Shown here: piece after piece, positions 15,001 through 27,000 of the stretch
Layout: each line of letters begins with the position of its first letter
Position numbering within the stretch: the first letter of the stretch is position 1
NCBI GenBank assembly: GCA_030390025.1
Contig: JASTWF010000332.1
Location: 1 to 64,000, forward strand
Source: Squalus acanthias
Taxonomy: Eukaryota
Direction: 5' to 3'
DNA length: 64,000 bases
Notes under the pieces: model-generated
What the model saw: the letters and a program-made list of their open reading frames with translations, nothing else
Database searches by the model: none
What the model was told of the DNA's origin: nothing
Translations under genes and position numbers: made by a program

Positions 15001-18000
15001 GTGAGGATTCTGCAGTGAGAGTGAAGATTCTGCACTGTGAGAGTGAAGATTCTGCAGTGTGAGAGTGAAGATTCTGCAGTGTGAGAGTGAAGATTCTGCA
15101 GTGTGAGAGTGAAGATTCTGCAGTGTGAGAGTGAGATTCTGCAGTGAGAGAGTGAGGATTCTGCAGTGTGAGAGTGAGGATTCTGCAGTGAGAGAGTGAA
15201 GATTCTGCAGTGTGAGAGTGAAGATTCTGCAGTGAGAGAGTGAGGATTCTGCAGTGTGAGAGAGTGAAGATTCTGCAGTGAGAGAGTGAGGATTCTGCAG
15301 TGTGAGAGTGAGGATTCTGCAGTGAGAGAGTGAGGATTCTGCAGTGTGAGAGTGAGGATTCTGCAGTGTGAGAGTGAAGATTCTGCAGTGAGAGTGAAGA
15401 TTCTGCAGTGTGAGAGTGAAGATTCTGCAGTGTGAGAGTGAAGATTCTGCAGTGTGAGAGTGAAGATTCTGCAGTGAGAGTGAAGATTCTGCAGTGTGAG
15501 AGTGAGGATTCTGGCGTGAGAGAGTGAGGATTCTGCAGTGTGAGAGTGAAGATTCTGCAGTGTGAAAGTGAGGATTCTGCAGTGAGAGAGTGAGGATTCT
15601 GCAGTGAGAGAGTGAAGATTCTGCAGTGTGAGAGTGAGGATTCTGCAGTGTGAGAGTGAGGATTCTGCAGTGTGAGAGTGAGGATTCTGCAGTGTGAGAG
15701 TGAAGATTCTGCAGTGTGAGAGTGAAGATTCTGCAGTGTGAGAGAGTGAGGATTCTGCAGTGTGAGAGTGAGGATTCTGCAGTGTGAGAGTGAGATTCTG
15801 CAGTGTGAGAGTGAAGATTCTGCAGTGTGAGAGTGAAGATTCTGCAGTGTGAGAGTGAAGATTCTGCAGTGTGAGAGTGAAGATTCTGCAGTGTGAGAGT
15901 GAAGATTCTGCAGTGTGAGAGTGAAGATTCTGCAGTGTGAGAGTGAAGATTCTGCAGTGTGAGAGTGAGGATTCTGCAGTGAGAGAGTGAGGATTCTGCA
16001 GTGAGAGAGTGAGGATTCTGCAGTGAGAGAGTGAGGATTCTGCAGTGAGAGAGTGAAGATTCTGCAGTGTGAGAGTGAAGATTCTGCAGTGAGAGAGTGA
16101 GGATTCTGCAGTGTGAGAGTGAAGATTCTGCAGTGAGAGAGTGAGGATTCTGCAGTGAGAGAGTGAGGATTCTGCAGTGAGAGTGAGGATTCTGCAGTGT
16201 GAGAGTGAAGATTCTGCAGTGAGAGTGAAGATTCTGCAGTGTGAGAGTGAGGATTCTGCAGTGTGAGAGTGAAGATTCTGCAGTGAGAGTGAAGATTCTG
16301 CAGTGTGAGAGTGAGGATTCTGCAGTGTGAGAGTGAAGATTCTGCAGTGAGAGAGTGAAGATTCTGCAGTGAGAGTGAAGATTCTGCAGTGTGAGAGTGA
16401 GGATTCTGGCGTGAGAGAGTGAGGATTCTGCAGTGTGAGAGTGAAGATTCTGCAGTGTGAAAGTGAGGATTCTGCAGTGAGAGAGTGAGGATTCTGCAGT
16501 GAGAGAGTGAAGATTCTGCAGTGTGAGAGTGAGGATTCTGCAGTGTGAGAGTGAGGATTCTGCAGTGTGAGAGTGAGGATTCTGCAGTGTGAGAGTGAAG
16601 ATTCTGCAGTGTGAGAGAGTGAGGATTCTGCAGTGTGAGAGTGAGGATTCTGCAGTGTGAGAGTGAAGATTCTGCAGTGTGAGAGTGAAGATTCTGCAGT
16701 GTGAGAGTGAAGATTCTGCAGTGTGAGAGTGAAGATTCTGCAGTGTGAGATGTGGATTCTGCAGTGAGAGAGTGAAGATTCTGCAGTGTGAGAGTGAAGA
16801 TTCTGCAGTGAGAGTGGGGATTCTGCAGTGAGAGAGTGAAGATTCTGCAGTGTGAGATGAGGATTCTGCAGTGTGAGATGAGGATTCTGCAGTGAGAGTG
16901 AAGATTTTGCAGTGAGAGTGGGGATTCTGCAGTGAGAGTGAAGATTCTGCAGTGAGAGAGTGAGGATTCTGCAGTGAGAGAGTGAGGATTCTGCAGTGTG
17001 AGAGTGAGGATTCTGCAGTGAGAGAGTGAGGATTCTGCAGTGAGAGAGTGAGGATTCTGCAGTGAGAGAGTGAAGATTCTGCAGTGTGAGAGTGAAGATT
17101 CTGCAGTGTGAGAGTGAAGATTCTGCAGTGAGAGAGTGAAGATTCTGCAGTGAGAGAGTGAGGATTCTGCAGTGAGAGTGAGGATTCTGCAGTGTGAGAG
17201 TGAGGATTCTGCAGTGAGAGTGAGGATTCTGCAGTGAGAGTGAGGATTCTGCAGTGTGAGAGTGAGGATTCTGCAGTGTGAGAGTGAGGATTCTGCAGTG
17301 TGAGAGTGAAGATTCTGCAGTGTGAGAGTGAAGATTCTGCAGTGAGTGAGTGAAGATTCTGCAGTGTGAGAGTGAGGATTCTGCAGTGAGAGTGAGGATT
17401 CTGCAGTGAGAGAGTGAGGATTCTGCAGTGAGAGTGAAGATTCTGCAGTGTGAGAGTGAAGATTCTGCAGTGAGAGAGTGAGGATTCTGCAGTGAGAGTG
17501 AGGCTGCTGCAGTGAGAGTGAAGATTCTGCAGTGAGAGAGTGGGGATTCTGCAGTGTGAGAGTGGGGATTCTGCAGTGTGAGAGTGAGGATTCTGCAGTG
17601 AGAGTGAGGATTCTGCAGTGAGAGTGAGGATTCTGCAGTGAGAGTGAGGATTCTGCAGTGAGAGTGAGGATTCTGCAGTGAGAGTGAGGATTCTGCAGTG
17701 AGAGTGAGGATTCTGCAGTGAGAGTGAAGATTCTGCAGTGTGAGAGTGAAGATTCTGCAGTGTGAGAGTGAAGATTCTGCAGTGTGAGAGTGAAGATTCT
17801 GCAGTGTGAGAGTGAAGATTCTGCAGTGTGAGAGTGAGGATTCTGCAGTGAGAGAGTGAGGATTCTGCAGTGAGAGAGTGAGGATTCTGCAGTGAGAGAG
17901 TGAAGATTCTGCAGTGTGAGAGTGAAGATTCTGCAGTGTGAGAGTGAGGATTCTGCAGTGTGAGAGAGTGAAGATTCTGCAGTGAGAGAGTGAGGATTCT

Positions 18001-21000
18001 GCAGCGAGAGAGTGAGGATTCTGCAGTGAGAGAGTGAAGATTCTGCAGTGAGAGTGAAGATTCTGCAGTGAGAGTGAAGATTCTGCAGTGTGAGAGTGAA
18101 GATTCTGCAGTGAGAGTGAAGATTCTGCAGTGTGAGAGTGAAGATTCTGCAGTGAGAGAGTGAAGATTCTGCAGTGAGAGTGAAGATTCTGCAGTGTGAG
18201 AGTGAGGATTCTGGCGTGAGAGAGTGAAGATTCTGCAGTGTGAGAGTGAGGATTCTGCAGTGAGAGTGAGGGATTCTGCAGTGAGAGAGTGAGATTCTGC
18301 AGTGAGAGAGTGAAGATTCTGCAGTGAGAGTGAAGATTCTGCAGTGTGAGAGTGAAGATTCTGCAGTGAGAGTGAAGATTCTGCAGTGGGAGAGTGAAGA
18401 TTCTGCAGTGAGAGTGAGATTCTGCAGTGAGAGTGAGGATTCTGCAGTGAGAGGTGAAGATTCTGCAGTGAGAGTGAAGATTCTGCAGTGTGAGAGTGAA
18501 GATTCTGCAGTGAGAGAGTGAAGATTCTGCAGTGTGAGAGTGAAGATTCTGCAGTGAGAGTGAAGATTCTGCAGTGTGAGAGTGAGGATTCTGCAGTGTG
18601 AGAGTGAAGATTCTGCAGTGAGAGAGTGAGGATTCTGCAGTGTGAGAGTGAGGATTCTGCAGTGTGAGAGTGAGGATTCTGCAGTGTGAGAGTGAGATTC
18701 TGCAGTGTGAGAGTGGAAGATTCTGCAGTGTGAGAGTGAGGATTCTGCAGTGTGAGAGTGGGGATTCTGCAGTGAGAGAGTGAAGATTCTGCAGTGTGAG
18801 AGTGAGGATTCTGCAGTGTGAGAGTGAGAGATTCTGCAGTGTGAGAGTGAAGATTCTGCAGTGTGAGAGTGAGGATTCTGCAGTGTGAGAGTGAAGGATT
18901 CTGCAGTGTGAGAGTGAGATTCTGCAGTGTGAGAGTGAGGATTCTGCAGTGAGAGTGAAGATTCTGCAGTGAGAGTGAAGATTCTGCAGTGTGAGAGTGA
19001 AGATTCTGCAGTGAGAGAGTGAAGATTCTGCAGTGTGAGAGTGAAGATTCTGCAGTGAGAGAGTGAGGTTCTGCAGTGAGAGTGAAGAATTCTGCGTGTG
19101 AGAGTGAAGCATTCTGCAGTGTGAGGTGAAGATTCTGCAGTGGAGAGTGAGGATTCTGCAGTGAGAGAGTGAGATTCTGCAGTGTGAGAGTGAGGATTCT
19201 GCAGTGAGAGTGAGATTCTGCAGTGAGAGTGAGGATTCAGCAGTGAGAGTGGAGATTCTGCAGTGTGAGAGTGAAGATTCTGCAGTGTGAGAGTGAAGAT
19301 TCTGCAGTGAGAGAGTGAAGATTCTGCAGTGAGAAGTGGAGGATCTGCAGTGAGAGTGAGGATTCTGCAGTGAGAGAGTGAGGATTCTGCAGTGGAGAGT
19401 GAGGATTCTGCAGTGAGAGATGAAGATTCTGAAGTGAGAAATCTGGCTGTGAGAGTGAGATTCTGCAGTGTGAGAGTGAGATTCTGCAGTGAGAGTGGAA
19501 GATTCTGCAGTGAAGTGAGGATTTTCTGCAGTGAGAGTGAGATTCTGCAGTGAGAGTGAAGGATTCTGCAGTGAGAGGTGAAGATTCTGCACAGTGAGAG
19601 TGAAGATTTCTGCAGTGTGAGAGTGAGGATTCTGCAGTGTGTAGAGTGAGGATTCTGCAGTGAGACGAGGATTCTGCAAGTGAGAGAGTGAGATTCTGCA
19701 GTGTGAGAGTGAGATTCTGCAGTGAGAGTGAGGATTCTGCAGTGTGAGAGTGAGGATTCTGCAGTGTGAGAGTGAAGATTCTGCAGTGTGAGAGTGAGGA
19801 TTCTGCAGTGAGAGTGAGGATTCTGCAGTGAGAGGTGAGGATTCTGCAGTGAGAGTGAAGATTCTGCAGTGAGAGTGAAGATTCTGCAGTGTGAGAGTGA
19901 AGATTCTGCAGTGTGAGAGTGAGGATTCTGCAGTGTGAGAGTGAAGATTCTGCAGTGAGAGAGTGAGGATTCTGCAGTGAGAGAGTGAGGATCTGCAGTG
20001 AGAGTGAGATTCTGCAGTGAGAGAGTGAGGATTCTGCAGTGTGAGAGTGAGATTCTGCAGTGTGAGAGTGAAGATTCTGCAGTGAGAGAGTGAAGATTCT
20101 GCAGGTGAGAGTGAGATTCTGCAGTGTGAGAGTGAAGATTCTGCAGTGTGAGAGTGAGGATTCTGCAGTGTGAGAGTGAAGATTCTGCAGTGAGAGTGAA
20201 GATTCTGCAGTGTGAGAGTGAAGATTCTGCAGTGTGAGAGTGAAGATTCTGCAGTGTGAGAGTGAAGATTCTGCAGTGTGAGAGTGAGATTCTGCAGTGT
20301 GAGAGTGAGATTCTGCAGTGAGAGAGTGAGATTCTGCAGTGTGAGAGTGAAGGATTCTGCAGTGAGAGTGAAGATTCTGCATGTGAGAGTGAAGATTCTG
20401 CAGTGTGAGAGTGAGATTCTGCAGTGTGAGAGTGAAGATTCTGCATTGAGAGAGTGAGGATTCTGCAGTGAGAGTGAAGGATTCTGCAGTGTGAGAGTGA
20501 AGATTCTGCAGTGGAGAGTGGATTCTGCAGAGTGAGAGTGAGATTCTGCAGTGTGAGAGTGAGGATTCTGCAGTTGAGAGTGAAGATTCTGCAGTGAGAG
20601 TGAAGATTCTGCAGTGAGAGAGTGAAGATTCTGCAGTGTGAGAGGTGAGATTCTGCAGTGAGAGTGAAGGATTCTGCAGTGTGAGAGTGAAGATTCTGCA
20701 GTGTGAGAGTGAGATTCTGCAGTGTGATGAGAATTCAGTGAGTAGTGGGGATGCTGCAGTGAGAGTGAAGATTTCTGCGTGTGAGAGTGGAGGATTCTGC
20801 AGTGTGAGAGTGAAGATTCTGCAGTGTGAAGTGAGGATTCTGCAGTGAGTTGTGAAGATTCTGCAGTGTGAGAGTGAGGATTCTGCAGTGAGGAGTGAGG
20901 ATTCTGCAGGTGTAGAGCAGTGATGATTCTGCAGTGAGAGTGAAGATTCTGCAGTGAGAGTGAGATTCTGCATTGTGAGAGTGAAGATTCTGCAGTGAGG

Positions 21001-24000
21001 TGAGTGAAGGATTCTGCAGTGTGAGAGTGAAGATTCTGCAGTGAGTGAGTGAAGATTCTGCAGTGTGAGAGTGAAGATTCTGCAGTGAGAGAGTGAAGAT
21101 TCTGCAGTGTGAGAGTGAAGATTCTGCAGTGTGAGAGTGAAGATTCTGCAGTGAGTGAGTGAAGATTCTGCAGTGTGAGAGTGAGATTCTGCAGTGAGTG
21201 AGTGAGATTCTGCAGTGTGAAGTGAAGATTCTGCAGTGTGAGAGTGAAGATTCTGCAGTGTGAGAGTGAGGATTCTGCAGTGTGAGAGTGAGATTCTGCA
21301 TGAGTGAGTGAGATCGCAGTGAGTGAATGAAGATTCTGCAGTGAGAGAGTGAGGATTCTGCAGTGTGAGAGTGAGGATTCTGCAGTGTGAGAGAGGTCTG
21401 CAGTGAGAGTGAGGATTCTGCAGTGTGAGAGTGAAGATTCTGCAGTGAGAGAGTGAAGATTCTGCAGTGTGAAGTGAGATTCTGCAGTGAGAGTGAGTTC
21501 TGCAGTGTGAGAGTGAAGATTCTGCAGTGTGAGAGTGAAGATTCTGCAGTGAGAGTGAAGATTCTGCAGTGAGAGAGTGAAGATTCTGCATGTGAGAGTG
21601 AGGATTCTGCAGTGAGAGAGTGAGGATTCTGCAGTGTGAGAGTGAGGATTCTGCAGTGTGAGAGTGAGGATTCTGCAGTGTGAGAGTGAAGATTCTGCAG
21701 TGTGAGAGTGAGATTCTGCAGTGAGAGTGAAGGATTCTGCAGTGAGAGTGAAGATTCTGCAGTGTGAGAGTGAAGATTCTGCAGTGTGGAGTGAAGATTC
21801 TGCAGTGAGAGTGAAGATCTGCAGTGTGAGAGTGAAGATTCTGCAGTGTGAGAGTGAGGATTCTGCAGTGTGAGAGTGAAGATTCTGCAGTGAGAGAGTG
21901 AAGATTCTGCAGTGAGAGAGTGAGATTCTGCAGTGTGAGAGTGAGATTCTGCAGTGTGAGAGTGAAGATTCTGCAGTGAGAGTGAGATTCTGCAGTGTGA
22001 GAGTGAAGATTCTGCAGTGTGAGAGTGAAGATTCTGCAGTGTGAGAGTGAGGATTCTGCAGTGAGAGTGTGAAGATTCTGCAGTGTGAGAGTGAAGATTC
22101 TGCAGTGAGAGTGAGGATTCTGCAGTGAGAGAGTGAGGATTCTGCAGTGTGAGAGTGAGGATTCTGCAGTGAGGAGTGAAGATTCTGCAGTGAGAGTGAA
22201 GATTCTGCAGTGTGAGAGTGAAGATTCTGCAGTGAGAGAGTGAAGATTCTGCAGTGAGAGAGTGAAGATTCTGCAGTGAGAGAGTGAAGATTCTGCAGTG
22301 AGAGAGTGAAGATTCTGCAGTGTGAGAGTGAGGATTCTGCAGTGAGAGTGAGGATTCTGCAGTGAGAGAGTGAAGATTCTGCAGTGTGAGAGTGAAGATT
22401 CTGCAGTGTGAGAGTGAAGATTCTGCAGTGAGAGAGTGAAGATTCTGCAGTGAGTGTGAAGATTCTGCAGTGAGAGATTGAAGATTCTGCAGTGAGAGTG
22501 AAGATTCTGCAGTGAGAGAGTGAAGATTCTGCAGTGAGAGTGAAGATTCTGCAGTGAGAGTGAGGATTCTGCAGTGAGAGTGAAGATTCTGCAGTGAGAG
22601 TGAAGATTCTGCAGTGAGAGAGTGAAGATTCTGCAGTGTGAGAGTGAAGATTCTGCAGTGTGAGAGTGAGGATTCTGCAGTGAGAGTGAAGATTCTGCAG
22701 TGTGAGAGTGAAGATTCTGCAGTGAGAGTGAAGATTTTGCAGTGTGAGAGTGAAGGATCCTGCAGTGAGAGAGTGAAGATTCTGCAGTGTGAGAGTGAGG
22801 ATTCTGCAGTGAGAGAGTGAAGATTCTGCAGTGAGAGATGTGAAGATTCTGCAGTGAGAGAGTGAAGATTCTGCAGTGAGAAAGTGAAGATTCTGCAGTG
22901 AGAGATTGAGGAATTCTGCAGCGAGAGAGTGAAGATTCTGCAGCTGAGAGATGTGAGATCTGCAGCGCCGAGAGTGAAGATTCATGCAGCGAGAGTGAGA
23001 TTCTGCAGTCGTGAGAGGTGAAGATTATGCAGTGAGAGTGAGATTCTGCAGTGTGAGAGTGAAGATTCTGCAGTGAGAGAGTAAGATTCTGCAGGAGAGT
23101 GAAGATTTCTGCAGATGTGAGAGTGAGGATTTGGCGTGAGAAGATCAGCATGTGAGAGAGTGAAGATTCTGCAGATGAGGCAGTGAAGATCTGCAGTGTG
23201 AGAGTGAAGATTCTGGCAGTGACGAGAGTGATGATCTGCAGTGTGAGAGTGAAGATTCTGCAGTGTGAAAGTGAGGATTCTGCAGTGAGAGAGAGGATTC
23301 TGCCGTGAGAGAGTGAAGATTCTGCAGTGAGAGTGAAGATTCTGGCAGTGTGAGAGATGAAGATTACTGCAGTGAGAGAGGAGAAGATTCTGCAGTGTGA
23401 GAGTGAAGATTCTGCCGTAGAGAGTGAAGATTCTGCAGTGTGAAGAAGTGAAGATTCTGCAGTGAGAGAGTGAAGATTCTGCAGTGTGAGAGTGAAGATT
23501 CTGCAGTGTGAGAGTGAAGATTATCTGCAGTGAGTGAGTGAAAGATTCTGCACTGTGGACTGAGATCCTGCATGTGGAGTGATTCTTGCAGTGTGAGAGT
23601 GAGATTCTGCAGTGTGGAGAGTGAGGATTCTGCAGTGTGAGAGTGAGGTTCGGCAGTGAAGAGTGAGGATCGCAGTGAGAGAGTGAGGTTCTGCAGTAGA
23701 GAGAGTGGATGGATTCTGCAGTGAGAGTGTGATGGATGCGGCAGTGTGTGAGGTGAAGATTCTGCAGTGAGAGAGTGAGGATTCTGCAGTGTAGAGAGTG
23801 GGGATTCTGCAGTGGTGAGAGTGAGGATTCGCAGCTAGAGAGGAGGATTTCTGCTGCGAGAGTGAGGATTCTGCAGTGTGGAGTTGAGGATACTGCTTGA
23901 GAGTGAGAGGATTCTGCAGTGTGAGAGTGAGGATTCTGCATGTGAGAGTGAGTTTGAGATGATTCTGCAGTGTGAGAGTGAGGATTTGCACTGTGAGAGT

Positions 24001-27000
24001 GAAGATTCTGCAGTGTGAGGAGTGAAGATCTGCAGTGTGAAGTGAGATTCTGCAGTGTGAGAGTGAGTATTCTGGCAGTGTGAGAGTGAGGATTCTGCAG
24101 TGTGAGAGTGAGGATTCATGCAGGTGAGAGGAGTGAGGATTCTGCAGGGAGAGAGTGAGATTCTGCATGTGAGTAGTGAAGATTCTGCAGTGTGAGAGTT
24201 GAGGGTTCTGCAGCGTGAGAGTGACGTGAGTTCTGGCAGTGAGTGAGTGGAGGGATTCTGCCTGCGTGAGAGTGAGGATTCTGCATGAGAGAGAGTGAGG
24301 ATTCTGCGTGCGAGAGTGAGGATTCTGCAGCGTGAGAGTGAAGATTCTGCAGTGTGAGAGTGAAGATTCTGCAGTGTGTGAGTGAAGATTCTGCAGTGTG
24401 AGAGTGAAGATTCTGCAGTGTGAGAGTGAGGATCAGCAGTGAGTGAGTGAGGATTCTGCAGTGAGAGAGTGAGGATTCTGCAGTGAGAGTGAAGGATTCT
24501 GCAGTGAGAGTGTGGATTCTGCAGTGAGAGTGAGGATTCTGCAGTGTGAGAGTGAAGATTCTGCGTGTGAGAGTGAGGATTCTGGCAGAGAGTGAGATTG
24601 CAGTGTGAGGGGGATTCTGCAGGAGAGTGAAGATTCTGCAGTGAGAGAGTGAGGATTCTGCAGGTGAGAGAAGTGAGATTCTGCAGTGAGAGAGTGAGGA
24701 TTCTGCAGCTGACACACTGCAGTGAGGAGGATTCTGCAGTGTGAGAGTGAGGATTCTGCAGTGTGAGAGTGAAGATTCTGCAGTGTGAGAGTGAGGATTC
24801 TGCAGTGTGAGAGTGAGATTCTGCAGTGGAGGAAGTGAAGATTCTGCAGTGAGAGAGTGAGGATTCTGCAGTGAGAGGTGAAGATTCTGCAGTGTGAGAG
24901 TGAGGATTCCTGCAGTGAGAGGTGAAGATTCTGCAGTGTGAGAGTGAAGATTCTGCAGTGAGAGAGTGAGATTCTGCAGTGTGAGAGGTGGATTCTGCAG
25001 TTGAGAGTGAAGATTCTGCAGTGTGAGAGTGAAGATTCTGCAGTGATTCTGCAGTGGAGAGTGAAGATTCTGCAGTCGTGAGAGTGAAGATTCTGCAGTG
25101 TGAGAGTGAAGATTCTGCAGTGTGAGAGTGAAGGATTCTGCAGTGTGAGAGTGAGGATTCTGCAGTTGAGAGAAGTGAAGATTCTGCAGTGAGAGAGTGA
25201 AGATTCTGCAGTGAGACGTGAAGGATTCTGCAGTGTGAGAGTGAGGATTCTGCAGTGTGAGAGTGAAGATTCTGCAGTGTGAGAAGTGAAGATTCTGCAG
25301 TGAGAGTGTGAAGATTCTGCGTGTGAGAGTGAGATTCTGCAGTGTGAGAGTGAAGATTCCTGCAGTGAGAGAGTGAAGAATTCTGCAGTGTGAGAGTGAA
25401 GGATTCTGCAGTGAGAGAGTGAGATTCTGCAGTGTGAGAGTGAAGATTCTGCACGTGAGAGTGAAGATTCCTGCAGTGTGAGAGTGAAGATTCTGCAGTG
25501 AGAGAGTGAGGATTCTGCAGTGTGAGAGTGAAGATTCTGCAGTGAGAGTGAGGATTCTGCAGTGAGGAGTGAGGATTCTGGCGTGAGAGAGTGAGGATTC
25601 TGCAGTGAGAGAGTGAAGATTCTGCAGTGTGAGAGTGAGGATTCTGCAGTGTGAGAGTGAGGATTCTGCAGTGAGAGTGAAGATTCTGCAGTGAGAGTGA
25701 AGATTCTGCAGTGTGAGAGTGAAGATTCTGCAGTGAGAGTGAAGATTCTGCAGTGTGAGAGTGAAGATTCTGCAGTGTGAGAGTGAAGATTCTGCAGTGA
25801 GAGAGTGAAGATTCTGCAGTGAGAGTGAAGATTCTGCAGTGAGAGAGTGAAGATTCTGCAGTGAGAGAGAGTGAGAATTCTGCAGTGTGAGAGTGAAGAT
25901 TCTGCAGTGTGAGAGTGGGATTCTGCAGTGTGAGAGTGAGGATTCTGCAGTGAGAGTGAAGATTCTGCAGTGTGAGAGTGAAGATTCTGCAGTGTGAGAG
26001 TGAAGATTCTGCAGTGTGAGAGTGAGGATTCTGCAGTGTGAGAGTGAAGATTCTGCAGTGTGAGAGAGTGAGGATTCTGCAGTGTGAGAGTGAAGATTCT
26101 GCAGTGAGAGAGTGAAGATTCTGCAGTGTGAGAGTGAGGATTCTGCAGTGTGAGAGTGAAGATTCTGCAGTGTGAGAGTGAAGATTCTGCAGTGTGAGAG
26201 TGAAGATTCTGCAGTGAGAGAGTGAGATTCTGCAGTGTGAGAGTGCAGTGAGATTCTGCAGTGAGAGAGTGAGGATTCTGCAGTGAGAGTGAGGATTCTG
26301 CAGTGGAGAGTGAGATTCTGCAGTGTGAGAGTGGGGATTCTGCAGTGAGAGTGAGATTCTGCAGTGAAGTGAGATTCTGCAGTGAGAGTGAGGATTCTGC
26401 AGTGAGAGTGAGGATTCTGCAGTGAGAGTGAGATTCTGCAGTGAGGAGTGAAGATTCTGCAGTGAGAGTGAGATCTGCAGTGTGAGAGTGAAGATTCTGC
26501 AGTGTGAGAGTGAAGATTCTGCAGTGTGAGAGTGAAGATTCTGCAGTGTGAGAGTGAGATTCTGCAGTGAGAGAGTGAGATTCTGCAGTGTGAGAGTGAG
26601 GATTCTGCAGTGAGAGAGTGAAGATTCTGCAGTGTGAGAGTGAAGATTCTGCAGTGAGAGAGTGAGGATTCTGCGTGAGAGAGTGAAGATTCTGCAGTGA
26701 GAGAGTGAGGATCTGCAGATTGCAGAGGAGTGAGGATTCTGCAGTGAGAGAGTGAGGATTCTGCAGTGGAGAGAGTGAAGATTGCAGTGTCGAGTGATCA
26801 GGAGAGAGTGGAGGATTCTGCAGATGTAGAGAGTGAGGATTCTGCAGCGAGAGAGTGAGGATTCTGCAGCGGAGAGTGAGGATTCTGCAGCGAGAGGTGA
26901 GGATTCTGCAGGTGTGAGAGTGAAGATTCTGCAGTGAGGAGTGAAGATTCTGCAGTGTGAGAGTGAGGATTCTGCAGTGAGAGAGTGAAGGATTCTGCAG

